In this document: piece by piece, positions 51,126 through 63,975 of the stretch
Layout: the number at the start of each line of letters is the position of its first letter
How positions within the stretch are numbered: position 1 is the stretch's first letter
Assembly: GCA_028534125.1 (NCBI GenBank)
Contig: CM052816.1
Span: 59,212,001 to 59,276,000 of the forward strand
Reading direction: 5' to 3'
DNA from: Lama glama
Taxonomy: Eukaryota
DNA length: 64,000 bases
Position numbers and translations under genes: made by a program
The notes under the pieces: generated by a model
What the model was told of the DNA's origin: nothing
Seen by the model: only the letters and a program-made list of their open reading frames with translations
Database searches by the model: none

Positions 51126-54047
51126 ATTTTATGTATCACATTGGTTCTTTCAAAACCTGGTTGGTGTCTCTTTCCCTTTCTCTGTCTACTTTAAGATGCA
51201 ACTTCAACTGCAGTTCATCTCCGCCATCACTAAAGTTCCAAATGGAGATTACTTAAACATAGCAATCACCTCTCTAAATCAGGAGCCATCTCCTTCTGGG
51301 CACATGTGACCATATTGAATTTTATTTTCTATTTCATGAATGTGTTTTTCATTGTTACATAAAATGAACTTACTCTTTTCTCTCATTTCTTCCATTAAGC
51401 CTTTAAACTCTAAACAAATTGTAATGCATCTATTTAGGAGTTAGATATGGCTGTGCCATGGTGGGAATATTAATAGAAAGTCCATATGTTTCAAGTCCTT
51501 CCGTAAAACATGAAGGAAAGTGCTCTTAGCATTCTACGTAAAACTGTACTGTTAAATATACGTGTGCAGTCATTTAAAAAAAAAAAAAAGAAGGACATGG
51601 AGAGGAACAGCAGACCTTTCTTGCAGAGAGGGCTTTTAAACCAAGCATCACCCGCTGTCCCAGTCAGAGAAAATGCTAACTAGATACAGAAACTGGAAAG
51701 ACAAGTGGGGTGGGGGAGCAGCTAAGGCTTTAAGCAGGCAGTTCCATCCCTTTGGAAAGGTGAACAGCCGTTTTCAGGATTTCAGGGGGCGGGATGGAGA
51801 AGTGGGAAACCTTCTGAGTCAGATCTTTATTGTGTGGCTTCACACGGTAGCATGTGTGCATTCCAAATCCTGGAATGAGATCCCAAGGTGAAAAAAAATC
51901 TCTCTGGGGATTTTCCATTCTTGTGGGTTTCCCAGGCCTCCGCTGGTCTCCAGAGTTCCTGACAGTTGGAGGTCAGAGGATCAGAGGAAGGCAGAGCAGC
52001 AAGGGGCTTTGAAGATCCTCCGGTCCAACCTTTTCATTTTTTTCATTTCACACATGAGGCCCAGAGACTAGGGAGCAGGGCCCCCCTTAGAGTGCACAGA
52101 CTTTGAAAAAGCTAAAAGAAATGTCTTCCCTGTAACCAACTGATCGCCAGGCTTGAAGCCTGCTTAGCAATACTGTGAATTTTTTTCCTCAAGTCTCAAT
52201 AAGGGTGACTCTCCAGTGCTGAATGGCAGAACCCCAGAGGCATCCCTCCCCTGCCTGCTGGAAGGGAGCACAAGGTGAGCTGTCAGCACCTTCGGCGGGA
52301 TCTGGGCTGTTGCTTCCTGGCCATGGTGCAGCCCGGGATTTGTTTGTATAAAGGACCAGAGATTGATGGGTCAGACAGCTCTCTAGCTTTTGCATGTTGG
52401 GGAGAAAAATGTCTTGGTAAACACAATAGGAACAGCAGCCTGAATTGAAAGGAGCACACGGCATCCACGGAGCCCACGTTCCCTTCCACCCCCAACCCTT
52501 CCCGCCCAACACACACACCCCTGCACATATTTCTTGCTTCTCAGCTCTTGCCTGACATGCTGCCTCCAGTGCTTATTTTGAAATACCAACTGAGAAGGTT
52601 CCACAGGCCTCTGTCCTGTAGTCAAGCTCCCTAGTCTCCCTTTGGAAGCTGAGGGCAGCCGGCCAGCCCCTGTTAAATTAGACAAGCCTAGAAAGAGGAG
52701 TTCCCCCCACCTCACCCCGAGCCTTGACTCAGCCCCCTGAGCCGTGCTGTGCGTTACATCTGGCAGCCAGAAGCGCTAGAACAGCCCCCTCCCCGGAGGC
52801 CCTGGGCCGCCCACAGGTTGTCTAGAGTTCCTGCCCCTTATCAGCCTCTCCCTGGCTTCTGCCTAAGCTATCAGAGCCTTCAGCAGCCTGGACACCAGGG
52901 CTGCACACAGCAGCTTCATGTTTGATTAAAAAGGAAGCCTGCCTCCTTCTCCTTCTTCTTGTCTAGGCCTGTTTGGAGATAATCCTGGCCGAGGTATGCC
53001 CTGCAGATCACTTAAAATCCTTCCACCTTGCTCACTGCCTCCTCTTCTGTTTCAACACCCCACACCCTTTAATTTTTTCTAAAGATTAGAAGGAAATTAA
53101 TTTGTCCTCAAAACTAAAAGGCTAGAGCACCCATCACTATGATGTCCAACTTTGTTTTTTCTGCTTCACCTTCTGATGTTTTATGTGACAATTAGAGTCT
53201 TACTTTTGTATTATAAAATGCACCTAGTTGTGTGACTCTGAATTTCTTGGTAAGTACTTGCAAATCAAGTTGTACGTTTCCACTTGCCAACTGAAAGAGG
53301 CAATATGTACTTGGATAGTTAGGTGTAAGGGGCCAGCCTTTAGTATAATGAACATTTATGAAGCACCTACTGTTTGCCTATCCCCTGTGCTAGAACTCTG
53401 GAGACACAGAGATGACAAGGCACACACCTGCCTCCTGTAAGATTATTCTCAGTCTTCTTCTCTATGAGAGAACATAATTCTAATCAGTGCTTAATTCTCA
53501 AATGATTTTTTTTCCAGAGGGGTGAGGGTGCGTGAGTACCTGTATATATTTATACAAATATCGGGGATCTAAAGTTGCAGATGACAACATTTAGAAAAGA
53601 GCAAATCTGCTTTACCCAACTAGAAGCCTTAAGCATGCATAACGCTTGAGTGCATGTTATATGTATTTCTTAGCTATCCTCTGTGAAATGTGGAACAATA
53701 CTGCGCTCTGTTAGATATTTGATAAATACAGGAAGAGGATAAAAAGGAGGGAGCAAAATCTCAGTGTCCCCTTGTGGATAGTAGAAGGGGCTTGCAAGGA
53801 TAGTGAGCTAATGAGAAAACCCGAGAAGACAATGATGAGACCAAGACAGAAGGTTAGATCAGTGATCTTCAGAGTGGAGTGCAAAAAAAAATACGATCTT
53901 CTGTTTATATTTAAGCTTATTAAAAATTTTAAAAGACTAATATTAAACTTTACTAATATTTAACAAAGGGTTGGCTGTAGTGTATGTATACTATATATGC
54001 TACTATACACATATACAGTATACACATATATACACAATATATGTATA

Positions 54048-54222
54048 TAGAGTTGACTCTGGAACAACACAGGTTTGAACGGTGTGGGTCCACTTATACA
54101 AGGATTTCTTTCAGTAAGTACTACAGTATTACATGATCCAGGCCAGTGTAAAGGTGTACACGGATTTTCGACTGGACTATGGGTCAGCACCCCTAACCCC
54201 TGTGTTGTTCAAGGGCGTTATA
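54048..54222. mobile_element. Tigger2-type TcMar MITE
   Basis: TIR-like 'agttgactctggaacaacacaggtttgaac' and 'cctgtgttgttcaagggc'. Confidence 0.75.
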
Positions 54223-54231
54223 CATACATAT

Positions 54232-54352
54232 TCAGTCGTCCCCTGGTACCCATGGGGCATTAGTTCTGGGACCCCCAAGGTTACCAATATCAGTGGATGC
54301 TCAAGTCTCTTATATAAAATGGCATAGGACAGTTGGCCCTTTGTCTGTAGAT
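54232..54352 (+). mobile_element. MER2-type TcMar fragment
   Basis: 'cagtcgtcccctggtacccatgggg...tggatgctcaagtctcttatataaaatggcatag'. Confidence 0.75.
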
Positions 54353-54547
54353 ACAGGTATGAAATGCCTCCTCAAACTTTTATTATTGATAGGCTACATA
54401 AGCAAAACACGTGAGGAGACCACTGATGGATAAGAAGCAATAAAGATAAAAGTTAAGATCCACAGCTGCATGCTCCAAATTGTGAAGTGAGGACAGAATA
54501 AGAGAATAAGTACCAAAGTTAGCATCCTGGAGAATAGAACCCAATGA

Positions 54548-55060
54548 GTATACAAGGACGGCCACTGATTAATTCCTTCCCTCTCTGTACGCACAGACTT
54601 TCTCCCCTTCAAGAGGCGGACCCCACTTCTCCTCTGTTTGAATCAGGACTTGTAACCCTCCTTGACTCATAGAATATGGCAGAAGTGACGTTCTGGGACT
54701 TGTTCCCCTAGGCTGTTAAAGGTCTGGTAGCTTCCACCTCCTCCCCCTGGAAAGCCAGAAGCTGACCCCCTGAGTGAGACTGAGCCGTGGGGAAGCCTAA
54801 GTTAGCCACGGGAGAGGCACCAAGGCACCAGATATGCATGTGAAGTCCTCTTGGATCTTCTAGCCCGGCCAGCCGCCAACTGAATGTAGCTGAGTGAGTG
54901 ACCAAGCTGACACCACAGGGAGCAGAAAAGCCCCATAGAATCCTGCCTGAATCCCAAACCCCCAGAACTCAAAAAAAAAAAAAAAAAAAGGGGGAATTAT
55001 TTTTTTAAGGCACCAGGTTTTGGAGTGTAGTTTGTTGCACAACAATACATAATAAAATAG
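54548..55060 (+). mobile_element. MaLR LTR (MLT1F/G-like)
   Basis: 'atagaatatggcagaagtgacgttctgggactt', 'ttttggagtgtagtttgttgcacaacaatacataa'. Confidence 0.75.
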
Positions 55061-55888
55061 TCATACGTTATGGTTCAGGAATTGACCCTAGAAACAAACA
55101 TATTTACCAAATTTCCTCTGTTAACTTGTTGCCATCTTAGACAGGAAAACAAAATCATGGTGACCAAGAGTATGTCGTCAGTGAAATCCTAGGGCTAGGA
55201 TGAGCCCAGAAGACAAGGGGACAGTCTTAGCAAATTTACAAAGTATTGTTTTAAAAGAAAAAGTCGCAGATGGATACAAAACACTTAGGGATTTTGGTAT
55301 TTTGCAATAACCAGGAATCTCGGCACTGGTGATTATTTTGCCTTTTCCTTTGTCAAAAGTTTTCTCCCTTCAATCCTTTGGGGAACGTTTCTTTCTTTAG
55401 CTCTACAGGCCAGCTTGTCTGTTCTGCAATTCTTTCTGTTAGGGCTGGAGGTCTGGGAACTACATTTCCCAGCATCCCTTGCCAGCAGATTTTTGCATCA
55501 TATTATGACAACAAAGTTGAAAGAGAGGTAGAAGCCGTGTGATTGCTCCCCTGTCAGTTTGTATTAGATCCCAGATGTTTCCCTTTGAATCATCCACCTC
55601 AGTCAGTGCTGGAAGCAGATGAGACCACCAGCAGTTTCCTGTAGCCTCTGAAGCTTCCTGACTCTGAAAAACTAGCAGCAAATTGGAAAGCTCATTGCTT
55701 TCTCTGACCTACCCTCCTCTACCTACCCTACACCTACCCTGAAAGGTGTAGTTGGGGTTCCAGGGACAGGGGAAATTAGCATTTTTCCTTTCAATTAATC
55801 AAAGAATGTTTTGTAGGTAGGGTCACAGTCACCAGATTTAGCAAACAACAAGAGGTCACCTAGTTAAATTAGAATTGTGGATTAAGAG

Positions 55889-56388
55889 TGTAGTAGGCAG
55901 AATCATGTCCCACAAAAGAGGTTCCTCTCCTAATCCCTGGAACCTGTGGGTGTGCGACCTTACATGGCAAAAGAGCTTTCACGTGTGAGGAAGCAAATGG
56001 GCCTGGAAGTGGGGAGAATCTCTGGGATCATGCAGCTGGGCCCAGTCTCATCAAGTGAGCCCTTAAGAGTAGAGAACCCTTGCCATCTGCAATCAGGGGG
56101 AGGTGTGATTAAGGAAGAAGGGTCAAAGAGCCACAACACTGCAGCCTTTCAAGATGGAGGAGGAAGGTTGCGCTAAGGAATGTGTGCAGCTTCAGGCGCT
56201 GGGAAAGGTAAAAAAAACAATTGTCCCCTAGAGCCTCCAGCAGGAATGTAGCCCCACTGACACCTTGATTTTAGCCCAGTGAGAATCATGTCAGACTTCT
56301 GAACTCCATAGCAGTAAGATAATACATTTGTGTTATTTAATCCACTAAGTTTGTGATCATTTGCTAGCAGCAGTGATAGAAAATTAGC
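55889..56388 (+). mobile_element. MaLR LTR (MLT1D-like)
   Basis: 'tgtagtaggcagaat', 'ctaatccctggaacctgtg', 'ccctagagcctccag', 'gacaccttgattttagcccagtgaga'. Confidence 0.85.
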
Positions 56389-56443
56389 ACACCAGAAACT
56401 GACACAACATTGGCAACTGACTATACTTCAATTAAAAAAAAAT
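56387..56443 (+). mobile_element. Camelid-type L1 3' terminus with A tail
   Basis: 'cacaccagaaactgacacaacattggcaactgactatacttcaattaaaaaaaaa'. Confidence 0.75.
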
Positions 56444-57216
56444 ACAACTAATAAAGCAGATAGATTTTGGGTATAATTATGGCCATGTAATATTTAGAAC
56501 ACACATATTTAAAACTATTTCTATTTTGAAATTAAAATTTAATTGTGGGTCCTGTATTTCACCCATCAACTCTATTTATAAGCAAGTAGGATTCCAAAGC
56601 TCTTGTACATCTTTGCCTAGAAACCTAGGCCACTTACGATGTGCCAGACATCTAAAATAGGCAATTTATCTCTTCTGTTTCATTAGATCCTCACAGCTCT
56701 CTGGGGTAAGTATGATCGATGGCTATTTTCCAAACGAGGTAGCTGAGTCTGTGCAAAATCCAACAATTTGTTTAATGCAAATTTTTGGCGGTGGAGGAAC
56801 TGGGAGTGGGTCAGTTCGGTCTGACTCCAAAGCCCATTATGCTGAGTTATCTCTGTCTCGTTGGCTAGGTTATTCCTCCACTTGTCAGCTTGCTTTCATC
56901 ACTGGAGCCCCCAAAGCTAACCCCTCCTGCTGCTTCCACATCCTCTCCACCCACTGCCTCCTGTAATCTGATTCTGCCCAGTAATCTGATTTCTGACTCC
57001 CCTCCCCACCTCTTCTGTACCATCAAAACTACTTTCTCAAAGGTCACTGGTGGCCTCTAATCTGCCATCACTTCTTAGTCACCCTCCTCTGTGCCCTCCC
57101 AGCAGTTTCCCCCTCCCTTCCAAGCATGCCTCCCCCCCCCCTCCGGCATCTCCACACGCAGAGTGCTTTGATGTTGTCCTGCTGAATCTCCTCCTGCCGC
57201 TCTGATGACTTCTTTA

Positions 57217-57730
57217 TGTGACGGTTAATTTTGTGTGTCGACTAAGAGATGCCCAGATAGCTAGTAAAACGTTATTTCTAGGGTGTCTGTGAGGATGTTT
57301 CTAGAAGAAATTAGCATAGACAGTGAGGAAGACGGCCCTCACCAATGCAGGTGGGAGTCATCCAACCTGCTGAGGCCCTAAGTAGGAAAAAAAAAAAAAA
57401 GTAGAGGAAGGGCGAATTTGCTCTCGGCTTGAGCCAAGATATCCATCTTCTTCTATTCTCAGACCTTGGTGCTCCTGGTTCTTGGGCCTTCAGACTCAGA
57501 CTGGGACTTAAATCATTGGTTCCTCTGGTTCTCAGGCTTTTGGGCTTGGCCTGGAACCATACCACAGGCTTTCCTGGGCCTCCAGCTTGTGGACAGAACA
57601 CAAGGGACTGTGTTCTGTCATCTTAGCATCGATAATAATGTAGGCCAACCCTTTAATTATCTCTTAAGTGTGTGTGTATATATAATGTGTATATATATGT
57701 ATGTCTGTGGGACAGCCCTGGTTCTTGTCT
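57217..57730 (+). mobile_element. ERVL LTR (MLT2-like)
   Basis: 'tgtgacggttaattttgtgtgtcgact', 'gatgcccagatagct', 'gccctcaccaatgcaggtggg', 'gggcctccagcttg'. Confidence 0.85.
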
Positions 57731-58276
57731 CTCTGTCTCTCTTCTTTTAAATTTCATTTCAAAACTCTCCTGGAAATCTCACCGTCATAGCTTGAGCTCT
57801 CATCTTTGCTGAAGATTCCCAAATCTTATCTCCAGCCCTGCCTTCTCCCCAGCTCTCATCTCACATCTACAAGTACCTGCTGGGCAATCCCATCTTGATG
57901 CTTAAAAGCAGGCCTACCCCACCCTCCATGTGTCTCACCCGCCCACCTTCTGCAGTGTGTGGAAGGCCCAGGCGCTCCCTACACACAGGTGCCAGATGTC
58001 ATCCCTTTATGACTCTGGCCTCTCTCCCTGACCAAAATCGCTGAGGAGTCACTAGGCCACAGAAATTCTGTTCTTCAGAATATCTTTTGCATTCCTTTCT
58101 TCCTGTGTAGCATGGTTCCCTCCCCCAGGTCTTAGCTGCTGCCTCCTCCTGCCTCAGAGGCCCTGAACCTAGCAGCACACCTGGAAATACTGCAGGTGCC
58201 TAGACCCCACCCTCCCAAAGATTCAGTTGCTTTAGGATAGGGCCCAGGTAGCAAATGCTTGTAAATCTTCTCCAGG

Positions 58277-58755
58277 TGTATTGGGTTTCTATGGCTGCTA
58301 CCAAATGACCACAAACATGGTGGCTTAAAAGAACACAAATTGATTCTTACACTTCCAGAGATGCCAGGACTCTGCAGTGAGTGTCCCTGAGCCAAAATGA
58401 AGGCGCTGCTCCCTCTGGAAGCCCTAGGGGAGAATCTCCTGCCTTGCCTTTTCCAGCTTCTAGAAGCTCTATCTTTCCTTCATTCGTGGCCACATCATGT
58501 GGCCTTTTCTCTGCCTGTTTCTGTTAGCACGTTGCCTCCTTCTCTTCCATAAGTCAAATTTTCCTCTGTTTGCATGCTAACAAGTATACTTGGGATTACA
58601 TTTAGGGTCCACCTAAATAATCTAGGGGAATCTCTGCATCTCAGGATCCTAAAGCACATCAGTAAAGTATTTTTTGCCATAGAAGGTACCACTCACAGGT
58701 TTCCAGGATTAAGCCCTGTATATCCTTGGGGGCCATCAGTAAGGCTATCCTACCA
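58277..58755 (-). mobile_element. MaLR LTR (MLT1D-like) nested in MER5A
   Basis: 'aaatgaccacaaacatggtggcttaaaagaacacaaat', 'ctggaagccctaggggagaatc'; flanks 58150-58276 and 58756-58791 are MER5-like. Confidence 0.8.
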
Positions 58756-59126
58756 GGTGAGGTTAATTTGCCATCAAGTTTGAGAACCACTCATAACTCA
58801 GCAACTTTGTTCCAGGCTCACCATATTCCTGACGCATCTGTTATAACATGGCCCCTGATGAAGTGCCATCAGAGTTCACCCCTGCTTTGAGAAGACGTTC
58901 CCTACTCCTTAATGGAGAAGAACCCCGTCCACGCCGACCCGAAGACTCCTTACCTAACAAGGTATGTTCTCCCTCTGTCCTACAGGAACATTTTGCTTCA
59001 GGTAAGCTGACTTTCCCAGACTGTGCCTGGCATTCTGACGGGCTTATTTTGTTGGTGCTGTTTCACTGATATGTAAGGCTCTCCTCGCCGTCCTGTGCTT
59101 GCTCAGATCTTACCCATGTGCCAAGC

Positions 59127-59531
59127 TGTATCCTTTCCCTCAGGCAGCTGTAAGAAAGCACCACAGACTAGATGGCTTAAGAAAAACACCTAGAAGTTGG
59201 TCTCACAGTGCTGAAGGCTATCAGTCTAAAATCAGAGGGTCAGCAGGGTGGTTGCCTTCTGAGAGCTGTGAGAGAGGACCTGTTCCAGACTGTTCTTCTG
59301 TCTTCTCCCTATGTCTCTCCACCTTGTCTTCTCTCTGCATGTCTGTCCCCAGATTTCCCCTTTTTATAAGAATACCCGTCCTCTTGGATTAGGGCTGACG
59401 CTTATGGACTCACTTTAACTTGCTTACCTCTATGAAGACCCTATCTCCAAATAAGGGCACATTCTGAGGTCCCAGGGGTTCGGACTTCAGTGTGGGAAGG
59501 TTTGGAGGGGGACACAGTTCATCCTGTAACA
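59127..59531 (-). mobile_element. MaLR LTR (MLT1B-like)
   Basis: TG...CA with near-TSD caagc/ctagc; 'aagaccctatctccaaataagggcacattctgagg'. Confidence 0.85.
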
Positions 59532-61609
59532 CTAGCCTATCACAGTCCTATTTGGTTCCTGAAGTCTTTAGCCTTCTCTGCAACTTAGGCTGAAAGCCCC
59601 TCCTTCATCTGAGTAATACAGCAGTTTATACCCGTTCACTTGGTAAGAGAGCAGACTCAACCTTGACTGCATCTCCTGAGTTGTCTTTGAACAGTTACTT
59701 TGTGTGTGTGTATATGTACCCTCCCCATACAGAATATGAGCTCCTTGAAGACAGCTGTTGTGTCTTACTGATCTCATTACACTCAAGATATTACAGTAGG
59801 TACTCAACAAATATTTGCTGATGTAATTTCAGAAAATTTGAGAGAGTTATTTGGGGGAGGGGAGTGGGCAGAGACTAGCCCAATGATGAGATACGATCTA
59901 ATACAGTATAGCATTGAGTAAAGGATTCCTTGGGTATATCTGTTGGAGAGAATCTAAAAGAATGCTTTAAGGTGGTGTGATGCTTCAAAGCTCTGAGCTG
60001 ACAAAAGGGAAAGGGGCGGGGAGGAGAGAGAAAGAAGGAAAGCGAGTCTCTGGCTAGTCTAACTAATCTGTCTAAAAGCTGGCGAGCCAAGGTTAACAGC
60101 ACTTTGCATCATCAGCATCTACCTCTCCCACCGCAGTCCTCACTCTTCCGTGATAACATGCTTCTTCAGAGGACTTATCAAGCTGAGGCAGGCAGCCTGA
60201 GTCGGGCGCCCTGCCAGACCTCTTTTGGTGGCCTTGTATCTTGTCTACTTGCTCTAGGTTACTGTTCTGCCCATGGGGCAGAGACACTGGTCACTTTCAC
60301 AGAAACAGCATACAGATTAATGAGTGGGGGACTGTCAGGTTGAGAAATGTAAAGGCTTGTCTGCATAGGGAGTCTTTATTTTAGCATGAGAGTTAAGAGG
60401 ACTGAAAGAGGGGAAGTCTCCCATATTACAGAGAGGTACCTGAGCATCCAAGTGTGTCATTCCTCCAGAGAAGAGTATGTCTGAGTCCCATTAAGAAAAT
60501 GATGAAGCAGGGGCTTGATTCCAGTGCTATCAATAAACTCCTTCATCTTGAAATCTCGTGGAGCTTTAAAAACCTTCATCTTGACTGGTTTATCAGGGTC
60601 AGGGTTTAGTCCCTCCTGCCCCGCCCTGCTGTCCCAGGAACCACGTGCCTTCCATGTCTATTTGACACAGCTGGGCCCCAGTTCTTGCTGCTTGAGTTTC
60701 AGCTTGGTTTCTGGTTATCATGCTCGGGTCACACCAGCTGTCCCTTCCTGGTGTTGACACTGGGAGAGACGGGAGTCTGTTCAGTGTCACCCTGACTTCC
60801 TCAGAGGTGGGGGCTTTCCATGGGCGTTTTTTGTTTTGTTTTGTTTTTTTAGCTCTGTGCCCCTGGCCTTTCCTCTTCCTCTCCACTGGAGCCTGGGTGC
60901 CCAGGAATGGCTCCCTCCTCTGCTGCAGTTCCTGTGTGCTTACCAAGCACGTGGGACTGAGAGAGCATTCTCAGGGTCTCCTCCTTTCTCGGCAGCTGCC
61001 ACAGTGGGAGAAGGAGGAGGAATCTCCAGGCATCCGATGCTTGCCTGAGTGGGCTGCCCTTCCCTCGCCTAACTCCAAGTGCGGGGTTGGGCTCCTCCCT
61101 GTGCTCTCCAGCACTCCTGGAGCAGCTGGGGGTTATTTTTGCAATCAGGGTGGTCAAGGAACAGGAGTGCCATTGCCCAAGGCTTTGCTCGGTGTGGGAC
61201 TGTCCAGGAGGTCCGAGGTGAGGGTGGAGTAGGGCAGGTTGATCAGCTCCAGTGAAAGGGAGCTGGTCTGGTGTTGGCCTGGCCCACATACCTTCTCAAA
61301 GTCCCTTCTGTCTAGTCTTGCCTTTCAACTTTGAAGCTTATTCCCACGAGGCCATGGGTCTGGGTTATGTCATTTTAGCCCACCAAGCTGTTCAAACAAT
61401 TCTGGACATTTGACCTTCAAGCATTTATGCAAGCGGATGACCTGTCCTCGCCCTCTCCTATGTGGATTTGGAACATAGTTCCTCTTCTATTATCTATCTG
61501 AATGATTGACCTAGCCTTAATGTGCATGCCTGATAAATTCTTTATTTTTCATGGGTAGATTTAATGCCTCTCTTCTTGTGTTTTCACATATTTTTGTGTT
61601 ATATCAGTG

Positions 61610-62130
61610 CTGTTAAGTTGGGGACTTAGCAATTTGCTTCATACCAAATCACATTCTACAACTTCAGGTTTATGGACAAGTAATAACAAATTCCAAAATT
61701 ATAAAAACTTAGACAAAAGAGATCAAGAAACATGAGTGGATTGCTCTCAGGTAAAAGAGTAGACAAAAGCAGTGAAGGGCTGGTAGGGTGGGTCTGCTTC
61801 AGGAAATCCTTCATCGGTTCACTGGGCTATTTCCTGTGTAGTGTGACCTCATGTTCCTAGTCAAGGTGGCATCTGCTTCCAGGCATCGGGAGGGTGAAGT
61901 AATAAAAGTGAAACAGAGGCCATATGTCACCCAGATCTCATGTAAGTTTCCCAGAAGCTGCTCTCTGACATTGTTGCTTACTTCTCACTAACAAGAACTT
62001 AATCACAGGACCACGCTTAGCTGCAAGGGAGTGAGGATAACATGGCCTTTATTCAGGACAGTCATGTGCCTGCTAAAAATCGTATTAAAAAAGAATGCAT
62101 AGTAGAGGACAACTAGCAGCCTCTGTCACA
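61610..62130 (-). mobile_element. Old MaLR LTR (MLT1J/K-like)
   Basis: 'agaacttaatcacaggaccacgcttagctgcaagggag', 'ggacaactagcagcctctgtcaca'. Confidence 0.65.
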
Positions 62131-63884
62131 AGAATATTCTAGAACTAGATTTGAGGTGTGTGTGTGTGTGGTTTGGGGGGTTGGTATATTTGCAGAATGA
62201 AGAATGTCTGTTCCAAAACAGCAAATCAAATGGTTGGCTCCTGGGCTATAAATCATTACCTATCCAGATAGACATACAAACATACAAATTTATATAGGTC
62301 AAAATTTACATAATATGATTATATTTTAAGTCAAGTAGACAGAGTTATATATTGGGAATGTTTTTAAAGCTATTTCTGTAAATAGTAACGACTTGTTCTA
62401 AAATGTTTTCCCCAAGATTGCAATAATCCTCTGAACCATTAAGTTGGTCAGTGACCTTAAGCAGCTTGGTCAGGCAATCAAATGGTGAAATCTCTGAAAT
62501 CTCTGGGGTCCCAGTTGCCAGAATTATTTCAACCTCGTGCTGGGAAGCAATGCCCTGTGGTTCCCAAGTCTGCATATTCTGATACAGAGAAGCAGGATAC
62601 TGGGGGAGATTCTGACACTTAAATTACAGCAAGGTGTGTATGTGTATGGGGTAACTGCACAGGCGGGACATCTGTCTGTGGGAAATATAAGGAGCATCAG
62701 GTGAAATAAGGTGCTTAATATAGTTAGCACCCTCATGGACAAACTATCCCTTGGATGATGGTCTCCAATCTGATAGAACTCAAAATGATCTTCTCGGTTT
62801 TAGGTTAACTTTTAAAAGGGGTTATAAAATATTTTTGCTTAATTTTGTTCTTTTCTCATTTATGGGTAAAACAAGAAAGGATTTGTTTTGTTTTGTTTTC
62901 CTCCAGAGATAATAAAATGGCAGGAGGGAGCAGCCTCTGGCTTGATCAGAAACACACAAACTTGAAAATAGTCTTTGAATGTTGGTTTGCAGATATTATT
63001 AAGTAAGAAAAAAAAAGTTACTGTTCTTAGAAAGTAATTACATTTTTAACATATAAGTTTGTTATCTAAGGCAGAAAAGTGAATATAAATTAGGAGCAGT
63101 TCTTAACAAAAAAATCTTCTTACCTTTAATTATTAGATGACTTTATATATTTCGTCCTTCCCCAGTCCCACCATATGAGAGTTCTCTGCACTACATTTCT
63201 AAATCCCCCAGTGATTTTATTAATGATGCTTTGATAGAAAGTCCATCAGCAAGGCCAGGTGGTCCCAGACAAAGCAATAAATGAGGAAGACGCTTTGCAA
63301 ACATTGAATGTGTTCTCTAAGGTGTAAGTTTTCTGCACTAATTTTAGCTTTGTGTAGTCATACAGGTAACTATAAGCAATTCTGGACATTGGGCAATTAG
63401 CTTGTAATCGAGTGCTGCTACTCAGTTTCCATATCTGAATTTGCATTTTTTTCTAGAAATTAAATGTTCTCAGGAAATGGCAGCCTCGGTGAGCCTAGCT
63501 CAAAAAGACCTCAGTCATAGCAGGCAACACTGTGATTGTGCTGCTTGCAAGCATGGGAGCGGGTGCCTGTCTTTTTCTTCATGCACATGGAGCGGTTCGT
63601 AAGCAGACAGTATGAGGAGTTATAAAAATACTTGGAAAACTTTTTATTACATGGAATTTAATGTTTTCCCCCCCAGGATTGCATTTTGGCACACAGTTTT
63701 AAATGGCTGCTCAACCTAATAAATTAATGACTAAAATTTTTTTAACAAAAAATAACAACAATGACTCAAACAACAGTGTATCAAAAGCAAGAGTCAAGTC
63801 AACATGAGGCACTAAGCATACGAATACATATTTCTGTCCTTAATTACAATTAGGATGATTTTGTTTCAGCAAAAACAGTCACCC

Positions 63885-63975
63885 ATTTTATTAAATTTTT
63901 TACCGATTTTGAATATACTGTGCTATACAGTAGGGCCTTGTTATTTATTTTATATATAGTAGTTAGTATCTACAA
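63885..63975 (-). mobile_element. Artiodactyl L1 3'UTR fragment
   Basis: 'ctgtgctatacagtagggccttgttatttattttatatatagtagttagtatct'. Confidence 0.7.

Larger units (their letters stand above)
55817..56575. mobile_element. MER53 hAT MITE split by MLT1D and an L1 tail
   Basis: Left arm 'ccagatttagcaaac...tagttaaattagaatt' (to ~55886); right arm 'tgaaattaaaatttaattgtgggtcctgtattt' (from ~56446). Confidence 0.7.
56900..59830 (+). mobile_element. Fragmented L2 hosting several later insertions
   Basis: 'ctttctcaaaggtcactgg', 'gattcccaaatcttatctccagccc', 3' end 'agtaggtactcaacaaatatttgctga'. Confidence 0.65.

Noticed and set aside
53630..53670. Apparent inverted repeat
   Set aside because: Pairing is too imperfect and AT-rich to support a structure.
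60599..61289. Overlapping 115-170 aa ORFs
   Set aside because: Open on both strands in GC-rich DNA with low-complexity content and no domain signature.
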